From Camelus ferus (taxonomy: Eukaryota): 64,000 nt of DNA. The position numbers were made by a program, and so were the translations under genes. Below the pieces are notes generated by a model. The model searched no databases and was not told where the DNA came from. It was given only the letters and a program-made list of their open reading frames with translations. The stretch spans positions 68,202,001 through 68,266,000 of the forward strand of contig NC_045697.1 in assembly GCF_009834535.1 (NCBI RefSeq), given 5' to 3'. Shown piece by piece: positions 12,471-26,594 of this stretch; position 1 is the first letter of the stretch, and every line of letters begins with the position of its first letter.

Positions 12471-15361
12471 AGTGGAGTATGTAATACATCTAAAATATAA
12501 AATGGCACACATTTAATATTTAACAAATGTTAAACACTAAGACAATTAATAACATGATTTAGTAAATCTGAAGCATAGAGAAATGAGAAGGCTTTCCCAA
12601 GGTCACAAAATGAGTACCTGCCCAAGGTGGAAAAAGAATCCTCTTGGTATCACCCTGTTTTTCATTCACTTCAAATAAGGTCAGCAACCAAGTGCCCTTA
12701 TTTCTAGAAACATTTAAGTAGAATGTTTTCTCAGTATCATGATGAATCAAAAATCAGGGACAAATGGCAGAAATGTTACACAGAGATAGATGCTGTACTG
12801 GAGGTAAGCCAGTGTTGGAAAAATGACATTCTTTTACTATCATAATTTGAAAAACAAAGCTAAAGAAAACATACATATTTCTAGTATCTAACCATGAACT
12901 CTCACTTAATTCACCTCACTTATCTACAAAATAAGAGTATCAGAGTATTAAATCTTTACCAACTTAGTCATGTTTTATCCTGTAATTGCAGAAGGAAAAC
13001 AAATTCTAGGACAATAAGGCAATATTTTGAATTTTATAGCAGACCTGGGACTCAAAACTATTTTGCGAGGATTGTGAAATACCAATTGAATTAAGTGGAG
13101 CTACTGATTCAGTTATCTAGGATGAAAGTAAAATCATTACTGCTAATTTTTATATTTGATGAATTGATGATTCCTTTTAGCTGTGAACATGAATACTGTG
13201 TTCCAAGCAGTTAGAAATTGGGATATTGTAAGTCAACCATTTTACCTTTCTTTTTTTTTAAGCTAATCATGATTTGCTACTTCCACTGTTGACTGTTTTA
13301 TAAATAGAAAGTGTCTCTCATAAAAGGAGAGCTCTCTGAGACTACCACAGGAGAGGCATTTTGGGTTCTCTCCTGCAGGAAAACAAGCAGAAAATTTTTT
13401 TCTCATTTCTTGGATCCAAAAAATTTACTATTATTTTCTGAGAAGGAAAATTGAAGAAAGTGCACTACAAGCTTAATACATGTTGGTCTCTAAGAGCATT
13501 AAAGTCTTTTCCCCTAAGTTCTTGTAAGATTCTTGTAACATATATACCATATCTTCATTAAATGTAGTTAATCATCACTTGACAGCAGGGAAAAAAATGC
13601 CCTTGGCATTCCTTTAAATGGGAAAATTATATTTCCATACTTTTTTATATAAATTGCTTTTTTAAGTTTAATTTACTGCTGTATAATTATTATACTTGTA
13701 TAACAAAGAATGGAATTTAGGCCTAAAACGCATCACAGTGGCCCTTTAACCAGCACAAGATACCTGTGTAATCACATTTCTGCAATTCTTAATCTTGGAA
13801 TTGAAACAGCCCCAGTTGGAAGACTTGGAGCCTTTGAAAGGCTTGACTTAACGTATATGCCAAGGGATAGGTAAGAGCTTATAATGCCTGGTTTTAAAAG
13901 GGAGTGGTGGTTATAATGTAAATACAACAAATGTTTAACATCATTTTGACAGGGGCACCATGGTTGGACATGATGGAAAATAGAGAAGCATCTGTTTCCA
14001 CTGTGTGTAGACATCTAAAAGGATAGTTCTACCCTTAAAAAAAAAATCTAATCTAAATTTTTCCTATTTCATGCTTGATAATGGCAGCGCAAATTCATCC
14101 TCATTCAGGAATGAGAACAGAGGAATGAAGGAATCATTGAGTATTCAAGACTTATATTTTTAAAGCACATATTAAGGATGGCTAATTTGGACATCTAAAC
14201 CCATAAATTTAGTATATCTACAAGATTTCAGGGAACTCCTCACTTAAAACATTATTTTCTCTAATTGCTATTAATGTGTTGAAAATAAATTTAAATAAAT
14301 GTATAAGTTCTGAGTATAATAATCTCAAAAGGCCTACTACCATATCACACAATGAAATAATAATCTTATATATTCTCAATATACAATATGTATTAACTCC
14401 AAGCACATTACTTTTTTGTTGCCTTTTTGTTTGCTTAACAAATATCTTATTTAGATGCAGTACCTGTTTGCAAATTGTGCTGATTTATCTAAGCAACTAA
14501 AATGATTTAAAACCTTATGATGCATTTAAATTCCATCAAATTGGTCCTTTCTGAGCCTGCATTTTCCAATGAACTATTAGAGTCCTATGCCATGGACCAT
14601 CCCTTCTGTCACCCTGAAACAACCTATTATTCTTGACAGTATATTTTTGAGCTATATATCAAATCTAAGACAAGCTGACTTGCCTGAAAATGGCTATATC
14701 AAAGCACAGAGAAGCCAAGGAAATGGTGAATAGAAACACACATATCAGAAGAAGATGCCCAAAGAGTCTGCCATTGGAAAACTCATTCCTCAAGAAACAG
14801 TGGCAGAACTATCAGTGTGAATAGTGTGCGATTTATTTTATACATTGTGTTCCTCTGATTATGGTGTCATCAGTTTCTAGTATAACTGGAAACATATTTT
14901 CTAGACACCTAATAGGAAAAACAAAGTTCTACAGCCAATTCCTCCAGCAAAAAGTTTGTTATTATTCTTTATCAAAATTCATCCAACCTAAAATGAGATT
15001 AACTTTGTGTTATACACATTAAAAATTTAATTCTTTTCACAATAATCATTCTATATAAGAAAATGATTATTTTCATGATATAAGTTACCAAAATGTCAAA
15101 TCCTTATGCTCTTTTAATACTTGAATCCTTCACAGACTTTTACAATTGAATCCTAAAAAATAGTAAACACACACATGTTAACTGGTAGGTTGAACAAACC
15201 ATGACTAAATGAAATATAATCAGTACAACTTTATAAGCTCTCATTGCCCTTTCAAAATTTATCCAGAGAAAAATGTTCTTATTGTCAACTCTTTAAAAAG
15301 TTATAAAATCACTTTATTCCACAGAAACCCTCCAAATTATTCAGTTAGAAATATCCAGCAC

Positions 15362-15455
15362 TGAGATGGGGTATAGCTCAGTGGTAGAGCACATGCTTAG
15401 CATGTGCAAGATCCTGGGTATAGTCCCTACTACTGTCACTGAAAAAAAAAAAAGA
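15362..15455 (+). mobile_element. tRNA-Ala-derived SINE (camelid vic-1-like)
   Basis: gggtatagctcagtggtagagcacatgcttagcatg (A box), degenerate B box, A-tail, and a 15-bp TSD: agaaatatccagcac (15347-15361) / agaaacttccagcac (15456-15470). Confidence 0.85.
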
Positions 15456-16189
15456 AGAAACTTCCAGCACAGTAGCTTAAATCTTCATGACTCATTGAAA
15501 AGTTAAGTTCTTGGTCACTTTTCTCCACAACCCCTAACCACCCCACCCCTCACCAGCAGCAGCCTCTTTTTTCACGAAGGGGTATGATTAGCTTTTTCCC
15601 TTTATTCTGCTCATAATCCTACCTCAAGCTTTTAGTCTTTCTTGTGTTAGATTTTGGGAAAAATGGAACATAGAAAATTTGTATTAGCTGGTACTATGAT
15701 AAGGTAGTCTTTATGTTCTTTGAGCTTGACATAGGTTGAAAATTGAATCCTGGTCTCAGAGTTGCTTTCCTGGAAACCTCCAAGAATGGTTACTGGGATC
15801 CTCTGGATAGTGCCTGAGTGAACCATACAATCTGTCATACGTCTGTCCTGTCCCAGCTACCTCCTCACGCCCCTCCGCCTTCTGCCCACCATTCCTCCAC
15901 TCTTGGCTTTCTAGCTGCCTATTCTCACATAGATTCTTGGACAGGATTCAAGAGGGCTCCATTCCTGCAAGCATTTTTCTGTGGCCCATATTTTTTTTCA
16001 TGGCCAATTCTTACAGGTCCTCTCTTCTTCTGAAAAAGAGTAGGCCACCATTCTGCTATTCAGATCATTCTGGCCTTCTTACTCTGTGTCTGGCACAACT
16101 TCTAAGTTTCCAGTGTGGCCATATTCTCTGGGTAGTCCTTTTGAAGTCCCTCTAAATGGCTGATGATTAGATTAAGTCCCTTTACTCTT

Positions 16190-16332
16190 AAGAGATAAAA
16201 TACAAGACTCTCCGTTAAATATTAACTTCAGATAAACAACAAATAATGCAGCATCTAGGATAAACTTATACAGAAGTTATTATTTACCTGAATTTTGAAT
16301 TTAACTGGGCATTCTGTATTTTATCTGGTTAC
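16190..16332. mobile_element. MER53-like palindromic hAT MITE
   Basis: Inverted arms agataaaatacaagac...ttcagataaacaac / gaatttaactgggcattctgtattttatctgg. Confidence 0.75.
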
Positions 16333-19300
16333 TTTATCCACCCTTCCCTTGTGACTGAGTAGGACATAACAGCACCTCTCTCCAACAAATCCTTTCCATA
16401 TTTCACTCCAACTTCCCTCTTAATCTGGGCTATACCGCTAACAGGTAGAGGCAGGGAACTTAGTTCTTGAGTATTTCTCATGACTAGTACATTTTGGTAT
16501 ATCCAACTCATTAAATATCAAAAATCTATCTTACTTCAGCATCTCAGTTGAAGCTTTAAATTTAGCTTCCTGTTTAATAAATGTGATATATTGTAATTTT
16601 ATGGATATTTTTAAATTCTCTAAAATTTTCATGTATTTTAAAACACACTCTGTAGCCATTTACTATTAGGATAGTCTTTGATTATAATAATAATTTTATA
16701 TATGTATTTATTTTATTTATATATTTATATATATTTTATGTTTATGTACATTTATATATTAAATTTATAAAGCTTATAATTTATATAACAATCATAATTT
16801 TTAATCTAATGTCTCAATTCTTCAGGAATTGCAACAGCAGCCCCATTCTTTCTGGTATCGTCCCTTTCCTTGTTGCAACCATGATCTTCTACGACTCTGT
16901 TCTTTAGTCCCTTTGACTGGCCCAGGATGGTACTATGACCCAAGTTAAGCAAACCTGAGTCACAGTCACAGTCATAGTCAAGCCAGTAGTTGTCCACTGG
17001 TAATTTATATCAAATTTGAGAAAAAAACTCAACTTTACCATATGAAATTTGGAAGTTGTCATTAATCATATTTCTTACTTTCTAGAGATAATGGAATTTT
17101 AATAACAGTTACAGGGGCATCTGAGGCTCTGTTCTATTTACTTCTGAGGTCTACATGCCATTCTTGATCTTCTCACATATCAGATGTTTAAATTTTCTTT
17201 GTTCTTTAGACTGATAAATTACACTTTTTGTCTAATCTAGTTGGACTTAGGATTTCCCTACCTTACAATCAATAGACTGCTTAAATGTTGCAATTGAATT
17301 TATATTTTAATATTGTGTCCAGTGAAATACTATGAAGACTTTTACAAAATGTCATAAGCTAGGGAAGATGATAGGTTTAAAATAGATTAACTAATATAAA
17401 TTGATCCTATTTTAGGAATATAGTTAGAAGAGAGAGAAATAAACGAGCATCACAATAAACACAGTTAATATTTGAAGACATCCCACATAGATATTCAATC
17501 CATACACAAAATATTTATAAAACCATAATAGAAATGGAAGGTTGTATCTGAGTGGAATTGTAATTAACTAGGATAAGAAGATAAGAACTAAGAATGTAAG
17601 TTCTAAAAGTTCTTAAACAGATCATCGGTCTTAGTAAAACATTTTTTTTAATTTTACTTTACATAAGGAATTAAAATCAGAATGAAATTCCCTGCATCTG
17701 TGAATATTGATGAATGGTACTGTTCAACACTTCTGTGTTGTTTTTGTTGCTAAACAACTTTTCACAATGGCAAGCAGATAATGAAAAAGTACAGTTACCT
17801 ACTTTATCTTCATTTTAGCATTATATCCACTCTTAGGTTCTAAGAAATATTTTGGGCAAAAGGTTTGGTCTTCTATTCATTGCCTTTTTCACAGCTTTCC
17901 CCTTATTTCTTTAATGTCCTTGCAATAGCTTCCTAGTGCCCTTATGCTGTCCTATTTTCTACGGCACAGATACTTAACCAGTTACTTCTGTACTAGTCCT
18001 GACTCTTAAGTCTAAACCTCCACTGTATATTATCATTCACAATAGGTAGCACATCACCACATAATCAGGTGTGAATCAGGTAAATCACCTTTATTGACAT
18101 TCAACTAAAGTGTCTTCTATCACAAGCAACACACTGAGAGTATAATTTTTGTCTATTTTACAACACTTATTATTTCCATTTTTATGTCATTCTATTCGTA
18201 TTTTCTAAACAGAGGGAAAATTGTTGCTTCTTTTAGATCTACTAGTTTTCAATAAAGCTCACATAATTTTTGTGAAAGGATTTTAATTTATAGAATTAAC
18301 ATATAACTATAATTCATTTAATATTTATCAAGCTTTTATTGTATATCTTCCTTCAGAGGTTGTATAATCATAAAAGAAATAGAAAACAGGATCCAAGGTG
18401 ATATAAAAACACATATATTTTAAACACGGTAGAAAGTCGCAAATATTTCAACTGAAAAAAAGAAGTATAAAAATACCTATATTCTGAGGAAACCAATTTG
18501 CAGCTGTGAATATTTTTCTGTGTTCATATTCATTTTAAAAATCAAGAAAAATATAATTATAAAAACATGGAGCCCTCTAAGAGGAATTTTGGCTTTGAAA
18601 GTATAATAGAGGGGAAAGAGATGATGGGTAATGGCATATTCAAAAAAGAAAAGAAAGAAAGAAAACAAAACAAATTATCTAGTTAAACACAAGGAGGGAA
18701 TCAGATTCTACAGTGGGGGTAAACTTAACATTAATCTGCTTGACATGTGAAAATCACAACTGGGGATGGGGCATAGTCCAGTCAGCAAAGTATTTACTGT
18801 TACTGTCATTATAATATTATTGCAATACGAAAATAGCGGTCATAAGAAGGGACTCTGAAAGGGCCAGACTTTAACATTAATGAACTAAGGTGAGAGGCAG
18901 AGTTCTCCTTGAGAGATCAAGCATTAGGAACTCATCCTTTAGTTAAGTAATTAACCTAGCAGCAGGCTGTACACTGAGACTACTTATTTCAAAGCAAAAA
19001 ATAAAGCAGGTAGCAAGGATGGGCTATTATGTACATTGCATTTAATTTCTCACACTATACTTGAAAAGAGAAGAATTCAAGGTTATTTTACTTGTAAATT
19101 AAGCTAGTTAATTTCACGTACATTAAATTTAAAAAAAGAAAAAATTAAAAAGAAAAAAGTTGCCTATCTGCATATTCTATATAAGAAAAGATTTATACTC
19201 ATATTTCTCTTATTTATTTAGCTGTTAGATAACAAAGTATTCTAATTTCTACTTTGAATTTTAAAAATTATTATAAAATTAAGAAATTATATCTCAGTGG

Positions 19301-19369
19301 AATGTTGAAGTGAGCATGGTTGTCTTTTTAATATTTTGCCTTTAAGGAGCCACTCCTTCTATATATATG

Positions 19370-20132
19370 TCTGGACCTGGGTCATGCAGTCATGGTGACT
19401 TTCCCTGCCTGTATCTCACCCCTACCTTCATTACCTGGCTCCAACAAATGGTGATCATATGAACCACAATGACCAATGAGGGGGGGCCCCCTTATACAGT
19501 TTGTTGTGCCTAAGGATGTCTGGCCAAGACAGTGAGTGGGACCTGAAATCTAGCCATGCTTCTCTGCCCAAGCTGTGTACCTTGGCATGGGGTCTACATG
19601 CCCGGAGAAAGGTCACCTTTTTCTAATTCTCATAAAGGCTCCATCTGCTTGCCAAGCTGTTTACCTGCAGGGCTGCCTCTACCTAGTAGGGAGATCATTT
19701 GCTCATTTGTACAAAGGCTGTGGAGCCATATGGGCTAAGAGAGACCCTGCCAATGAGAGAACTCCATACCCTTTACCTCAGTGACTGTTCCATGGATGGA
19801 TCCAAGCTCAAAGAATTCTCCCCTGAACTTTTATTTGACTGTTAGCTTGAAGTATTGCATTTCATGGATAGGGCTGCTAAACTGAAAGGATAGTCACAGC
19901 CATATTCCTCACTATTTGCAGAGTATATTTGCAGCATTAAGCAAACACAAGAAGGAAAGAGAGCTGAGAGATGGAAAATAAGAGAACAAGCTCTGGTTTG
20001 AACTCCTGGTTCCAGCCCTCAGTGAGATCTCTACCAGCATTTCCCAGAGACAGGAGCCAATGGATTCTTTCTTAATTAACTTGATGTAAGTTGAGTTTCT
20101 CTCATGTTCAAATGAAAGAGTTCTGATATACA
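19370..20132 (+). mobile_element. Old MaLR LTR (MLT1H/I/J-like), interrupted by a hAT element
   Basis: 3' end gttgagtttctctcatgttcaaatgaaagagttctgatataca; 5' part gtgatcatatgaaccacaatgaccaatgag resumes after 19750. Confidence 0.65.
19481..19749 (+). mobile_element. MER91-like hAT-Tip100 element
   Basis: Perfect 8-bp TSD ccaatgag (19473-19480 and 19750-19757); ctgaaatctagcc, ctttttctaattctcataaagg and terminal ccatatgggcta...ccctg. Confidence 0.8.
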
Positions 20133-20679
20133 CTGGTGGTATACTGATTAGTTCAGTTGTTGCAATTCTCTGGAAAGGATGTTGTGCATAATGGAATCCT
20201 ACTAATCTCCCCCTAATAGCAGTGCTCTGGTTACTTTACATAACAAGCATCTGTTGCCTTTCAGCTTGAACTTGTATGTAAAGGCTGATGTTTTCAAAGT
20301 AAATGATTGATAACAGTAGAATAAAGTTAGTCCAGAAAGAATCTGTGAAGATAGATGAGTGCTTTTGTCTAATCCCAAAATAATGAAGCTGGATTGGCAA
20401 AAGAATGAAATGGAAAATTCCTCAATTTGAGGGAACAGCATGAGCAAAGGTACAAAAGAGCAAGTTAGAGACATATATTATGACTCTCTTAAATGTCAAA
20501 TGAATTAATTTATTAGCTAACTACTGAAAGTCTCCATGGATAGTCTGGAATCAGGATCTTCTGGATTCATATTTAGATATGACTGTCAGGAATTTATCTA
20601 TCTCTCTTCACACTCCTCTCTCCTTGGAGAGAGACAGCTCCCTCTCTGTTACTCTAGCAAGTCTTAGAAGTAGTTATGA

Positions 20680-20900
20680 TTGCATAGTTATGCTGCTTAG
20701 GCTATAAATCCAACCTTCATTTGATCTGATTGGCCAGGGAAATATAAGGCTCTGATTAGTACTGCCTGGAGCTGAGGGTGGAGGCAGCACCATATGACCA
20801 AACACATTGCTAAGTGTTTGCACAAGGAAGGAGGGGGAGCCATTACTATAAAAAGGAAAGTAGAAGTTGAGTAGGGAAATATCCAACATCCAAAGAAGAG
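20680..20900 (-). mobile_element. Old MaLR LTR fragment (MLT1-like)
   Basis: tctgattggccaggg...ggagctgagggtggag pattern. Confidence 0.4.
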
Positions 20901-21113
20901 AGTTAGTTGACTGGCTAGGTAACAAGGAGTAAATCTATTAGACAGCATGAAAAATTATATTGCATAAATGAGGGGGCCAAGTTAGAAATATTGGAGTGGT
21001 TTAAATGTGAGGTATTTGAACATCAGTCAGTATTGCACATATAAATGGAGTTTACACACAGCAACCTATTTTGCACTGGAGAAGTATCTGTGGAAAGGTG
21101 TGCCTCTTTTGAA

Positions 21114-21246
21114 TAGGGATTTCATGTAATTTATTTTCCAAGATGGGAGACTTTTGAGAGTAGAAGTGGGTAGTCTTAATGATTATATTGGAATAAGAGG
21201 CATAAACTGGCACTTTACACCAGAAACCTGGGGTAAATGGTCACTC
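21114..21246. mobile_element. MER81/MER94-like hAT-Blackjack MITE
   Basis: taggga...acttttgagagt...ggcataaactgg...atggtcactc with degenerate tagggtgacca-type termini. Confidence 0.6.
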
Positions 21247-21556
21247 ATTTTCTCAGCAAGGTGGTCAGAAAGAGTGGCTTATACGCACATCCTTGTGTAG
21301 TGCCCTTTGACCCTATTACCATAGACAGAATCAATTTCAAGCATCTGTGACTAACCTTAAGGCAGTCACCTATAAATGAGCATAAGAGGGACCAGGTGAT
21401 TGGCAAGAAAATCTGTGTCAGAATGAAATATTTGATCAGATGGTAATCTACAAAGCCAATTGGATCCTTTCCCTCAAGAAATGTTAGATGCAAGATACAT
21501 GGAGCAAGACTAGTTGGAATGAAGCAGAATGTAAAAGAAACTCACAAATTATGCAG

Positions 21557-21960
21557 TGTATTAGTTGGTGTGGGCTAATGTTCTATAAAAGATAGACACA
21601 AATATATTTGTCTCAACAAACAGAAATCGTATCTCACTTCTGCAACAGTCCAAAGTAAAAGTAAGCATTCCCACTCAATGGGAAGCTCTCTTCACACAGA
21701 AATTCTAAGAGTAAGACTTTTCCACTTTGTGGCTTGGTTGTCCCCAAATTGTGGATCACTCTCTAACCATCAGGAGGGATAGATAAGGCACTGCATAAAC
21801 CAAAGAGTTTTTCTTAAAAGTCTCGGCCTAGAATGGCTCACATGATTTCCATTCACTTTCTGTTAATGAGAACTAAGCACAGGAGACAACTATAACTACA
21901 AGCAAGGAAGGGAATAGGGTTCTTTCCTTGGGAAAGGTAGTATGCCTGGGACACCTGTAT
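21557..21960 (-). mobile_element. Old MaLR LTR (MLT1I/J/K-like)
   Basis: Starts tgtattagtt...; ggcctagaatggctcacatgatttccattcac. Confidence 0.55.
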
Positions 21961-22249
21961 ACCAAGCAAGGGACATTTACAAGACTACCAGTGGTCTTTG
22001 TCCCAGGCTGTAAGCAGCACCCTCAGCAAACAACCTGAGAGGTGGAGAGACAGACAGTTGTGAGTGGATTAGAAATGGACATTCGGGTAATAAGCAGAGA
22101 GAGAGAAATGTTGACTGAGCCTTTTCAGTCCAGGCCCCATAATCTGGGGTTTGAAGGACTTTCTCCTGACCTGCTCCCTTGGTTACAACAGGGTCACTAT
22201 GTGCTTACACATGATAATATGAGGGAAACTATCATTCTGTGACCTGATC

Positions 22250-23860
22250 AAGCTTAAGATCCACCACTTTAAACTTCTCAAGCAACACTGTCTACTTTTA
22301 TGGCTTCAACTGCACTTTTCATGGTGATGACTCCCTTGTTTATTTCTCCAGGACAGATTTCTCTCTCAAGCTCCAGCCTGTCATACCTGGGAGTACTGCA
22401 CAGCTCTACTATATCTCATAAACAACCAACTTGGCATTCCAACACTGAATTTATCACTCATTCTCCTCCAGCCTGCTCCTCGTCTTTGCGTCTCAGTAAA
22501 TAGCACTACCATTCATATGGATGTTAAGATGGGAAACTTGAATCATCTTTTTTTTCTCACCCTTCATAGAACTGATAAGGACTGGAGCTCACCTCTTTCT
22601 ATGGCTGGAGTCCACTCACACTTCTCTAGGCCTACTGCAGGTTTCATAGCCCAGGTCATCCCTTCTCACCCAGATTTTCACAGGAGCCATTCTAACTATT
22701 CCTCCTGCCACCAGTTTTGCCTTTCTATTTATTCTTTACACAACAGCCAAAGTGATAACTCTACAGTAGATATATAACTAAGTCACAAGTCTTACTTAAA
22801 GTAATTTTTGCCATTGTTTCCAGAATAACTCTTACCATAATATAGCCTATAAGGCCCTTTTATCAGTCAAGTTCGAATCAGAAACAGAATCCACACGTTA
22901 ATTCAAAAGAGGAAAGTGAATATAATAAACAATTAGAAAGGAATTGCGAGAAATAAACAGAAACAGAGGAGATGCTGAAAAAAGCAGAAACTGGCAACAG
23001 TAGGAAGCCACTACCACTCTAGGGTGGCGTGAATAAAGAGAATAAGTAATGTTATCAGAATTCAGAGTCAGGAATTCCTGGAAGAAAATGTAACTTCTGC
23101 AGGAATTTGTCTGACAGGAGCTGGGACCATGGTGAGGAGGCTCTGGTGAAAGATGGAATCACAAAGAAGATGCAATGCAACCTCTGCAAAGAAAGAAAGG
23201 AAGGAAGAAAGAAAGAAACACAACCTGGCTTCCCTTCTCCTACTCTGCACTCTAGTGCATTCCATACTGAACTTACCTAGAAGCCAACTGGCAAGGGAGC
23301 ATGAGTGATGCACTTTACAGAACATAAGAAAGTTAGGAAATGAATGTGCACAACTTCATATTCTATCTTTCTAGCCTCAGCCCTGATACTGCTGACTCCC
23401 CTGCATCTATGCACTTCACCCAAGGAATCTCATTTCAGTTCCCCAGCATAGTCTCTTTATTTTCTCTGCATTTGTACACCCTACTACCCCAATTCAGAGA
23501 AGTCAGAAAAGAAGTCACCCTTTTGCATTTCTCCAATTGCCAGAATATCCCCAGCGATGCTTTGAGCCTTAGTTTAAGTACCACTCTTCTGGAAAGTCTA
23601 TTTAGGACCCTATATCTCTGAACTAGATGCCCTTAACATATAAGCTCTTACTTACTAGCCTGTAAATTCCCATTAGAGCATTTATAACAAAAATTAAAAC
23701 ATGATATAAAAATCAACTATGGTTTCTAATTTACTTGTCTATATCCTGAGCCAGTTTATAAATTCTGTGAGAGTAGGAGTCCCATACCTGCTAGTCATCA
23801 CAGCACTCAGGAGATGCTCAACAAGTATCTGTTAACTGAGTGTGTGGATCAACAGATGAA
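22250..23860 (+). mobile_element. L2 3' region, interrupted by an LTR-like insert
   Basis: tggcttcaactgcac...gatgactccc...ctccagcc; ends acagcactcaggagatgctcaacaagtatctgttaactgag (L2 tail). Confidence 0.7.
22860..23330 (-). mobile_element. Ancient LTR-like element within the L2
   Basis: tatcagtcaagttcgaatcagaaacaga...cctagaagccaactggcaagggagc; breaks L2 continuity. Confidence 0.45.
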
Positions 23861-25803
23861 GTGGAGAGTCAGGGAATGGCAGAAGCTGAAGGGAGTAGTG
23901 CTGGTCCCTGCTCTGGGCGACCACAGGAATTGAGGTGAGGACCTCACTGTTCTTAAATTGTGAAAGATGAAGGACATTGTTCAAGGTTTCCATGATTTCT
24001 AAATGTGTGACTGCTATTTGAGCTTTAGGCTACCTTATTTCACTTCAACCCTTACAATAACTTTCTTATTCCTCAACTTAGGCAATATACACCTTACTAT
24101 ATTAATATAAAGGAGAAAGATACAAGAAATCAGAAGCTCAGCTAAAGGGCTATTGTGGAAATCTAGGTATGCGTTTATAGGAGAAATAAATTAAATATGA
24201 GAAAAGAAGAATAATGAGGGTATTATTTAAACATGGAAATAGTTTAATTTGGAAATAATTCTGTGAAGAGTAATCAGAGAAGGCCATGTTTACTTGGGGA
24301 GTTATTAAAAACATTTATTCCAATGTGATCTGGTTTATATACCTCTTTTTTTTTTAACAATAAAGGAGCACTCATTTAGATTTGGACTCATTTGTGAGAA
24401 AACAACAAAAAGATTAGCTTACGAAAAGCTAGTATTACCACATTCTGGAAGAAAAATGTACATAGCTCACTAATAGTTATTTTAAATACAACATATACAA
24501 CAAATTACAAATAAGAGACAGAACAGTTTTGGTTTTAGTCATAATTTTCTCAGCCACAGTAAGTCGGGCGGTATCTCTGGCCTCATCTCTATCCCTCCTC
24601 TTTCCACATACCGACTCTGCTGCGGAATCTGAGACAACTCCCCTAGGAAGCACTGTTATCACTCTCTGTCGGAATGATCACCTTTCAGTATGCTGGTGCA
24701 TTTGTCTGCAGTTTTTTCCATTTTAGCTCATAGATGATTTCTTCCCTTGCCACACAGATTTGTTCTTGCCTGCTCTATTTCTATACCTAATTTCTGTTAC
24801 ACAAATTTATGGTGATGAAATCCTTCAGGGTTTCTAGTGTGACTGACTTAATACGTAAATGTGCTATGCTTGTAATCTCTTTTGTGTCGGAGGGGATTTC
24901 AATTACCCCTATCTGTGAGCAGAACATCTTCTGGAGTAGTCCATGAGGAACATGTCTTGATATACAAGCCTTTTTCCAGTGGCTTCTTGTCTCTATGCGA
25001 TAGTTATTAACTTGAGCAACTAGAGATAAAACCTCTTGCTCTGTAATAAAACTCTGCCTCACTAGGTCTTTGCCGGCTGTATATTGGTTCCATATATTCT
25101 CAATATTAAATAAAAAAGCAAAGGAAAATTGAAGTAGGATATGTTTACAAAAGATTACAGAGTTCAGTCATGAAAAATAACAACATAGGTATGATATACG
25201 GTTTTCTACGTTTTCGAACAAAAAGTACTTGAACAAATTCGTCACTAAATCTTTCCTTGTGAAAAGGGATATTCAAAATCAATAACATATATGCCTTAAA
25301 ATATAAATTTAGTGACTTCCTTTTTATTTAAATATAAAATAAATAATTATGTTACTTGTAGAATACCTGAATTGTTTGAAACTGGCTTTATGAAAAATAA
25401 AATAGGCCCTCAAATAAGAGAAAGTGACCTAGAAGTATAGGTAGAGGTCAGCTGGCATGATTTCCCAGGAAAAATTCTTATATCTCAGATATCTAGTCAT
25501 CCAATTACCCACACAATTGACCACAAAGCAATTGTGTAGCTGAGAAAATAAATAATAAATAAAAACATAACCACAAAAGTTCATAGCTGGAGTTCACAGT
25601 CAGACTGGAGTTCTACTGATGAAGCTGATTTTATGATGGTCTGTGAATAAGAAAAAATACATTTTCCAAACACAAGCATGGCCATGTCACCTGAAAATTC
25701 TGTCTAGACAGAAGCCACAGAAAATTCTTATCTAATGAAGAGAAATACACTTACCTCATAGGGTTGTTGTGAGGACTAGATAACATAAAGTATACACAGA
25801 AAC

Positions 25804-26224
25804 TGTTATGGGTTGAATTGTGTCCCTCCACAATTCATACTGGAATCCTAACCCTCAGTATCTCAGAATGTGATCTTATCTGGTAGTAGGGTTGTTGCAG
25901 ATATCATTAGTTAAACTAAGATGAGGTCATACTGGAGTTGGGTGGACCCCTACTCCAACAGAATGATGTCCTGTAGAAAGGCAGATGAAGGCAGAAAGCG
26001 CCTTATCTTCTACAAACCAAGAAAGGACAAAGATTGCCAGCAAACTATCAGAAGCTAAGAGATAAGCATGAGACGGATTCTTCTTCACAGGTCTCAGAAG
26101 GAACCAATCCAGCAGTACCTTGATCTCAGACTTCTGCCTCTATAACTGTGAGACAATGTATTACTGTTGTTTAAGCCTCCCACTCCGTAGTATTTTGTTA
26201 TGGCAGCCTTAGTAAACTAACATA
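25804..26224 (+). mobile_element. MLT1B/C solo LTR inserted in a MIR
   Basis: tgttatgggttgaattgtgtccc...ttgttatggcagccttagtaaactaa; MIR halves flank it (acctcatagggttgttgtgagga upstream, ctggcacaaagt downstream). Confidence 0.9.
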
Positions 26225-26594
26225 GCAGCTAAGAGTGACTGGCACAAAGTGGAGGTTTAACTGATGTCAGAGCCTCAGTGATACTCTCCTGTGAGCACAT
26301 TCATGAAAATAAAGGGATACAGCAGTAGATTCTTGTGTAAAGGGATACAGTAGTATATTAAGTGTTTCAATAAAAGTTTCATAGCGATTTTGAGGGCAAT
26401 TCCTAATCTCTATTCTAGTTTCCCGGAGGACAAAGGGGAGCAAGGCAGGAATCTGAGACCAAGGGAATGGAGATATTTGTCAGGGACCCTAACAAAGCAC
26501 ACATAATACAGGAATTCAGCCGTTCATCCAAATGACAAGAATGACCTTTGGACATAAGGAAGAATGAAAAATTTTGGTATTGGAATTAGGGTCA

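Noticed and set aside
13770..13880. Possible coding exon ending gatag|gtaag
   Set aside because: No recognisable protein in the frames I translated and no clear acceptor
15368..15440. tRNA-Ala gene
   Set aside because: B box/T-arm degenerate (gggtatagtccc), no acceptor stem; A-tail and TSD identify a SINE
16690..16800. AT-rich low-complexity tract as a functional element
   Set aside because: Degenerate (TA)n-type sequence with no further structure
16806..16997. 63-aa ORF / GC-richer patch with gtcaca repeats
   Set aside because: No recognisable homology; short enough to be chance
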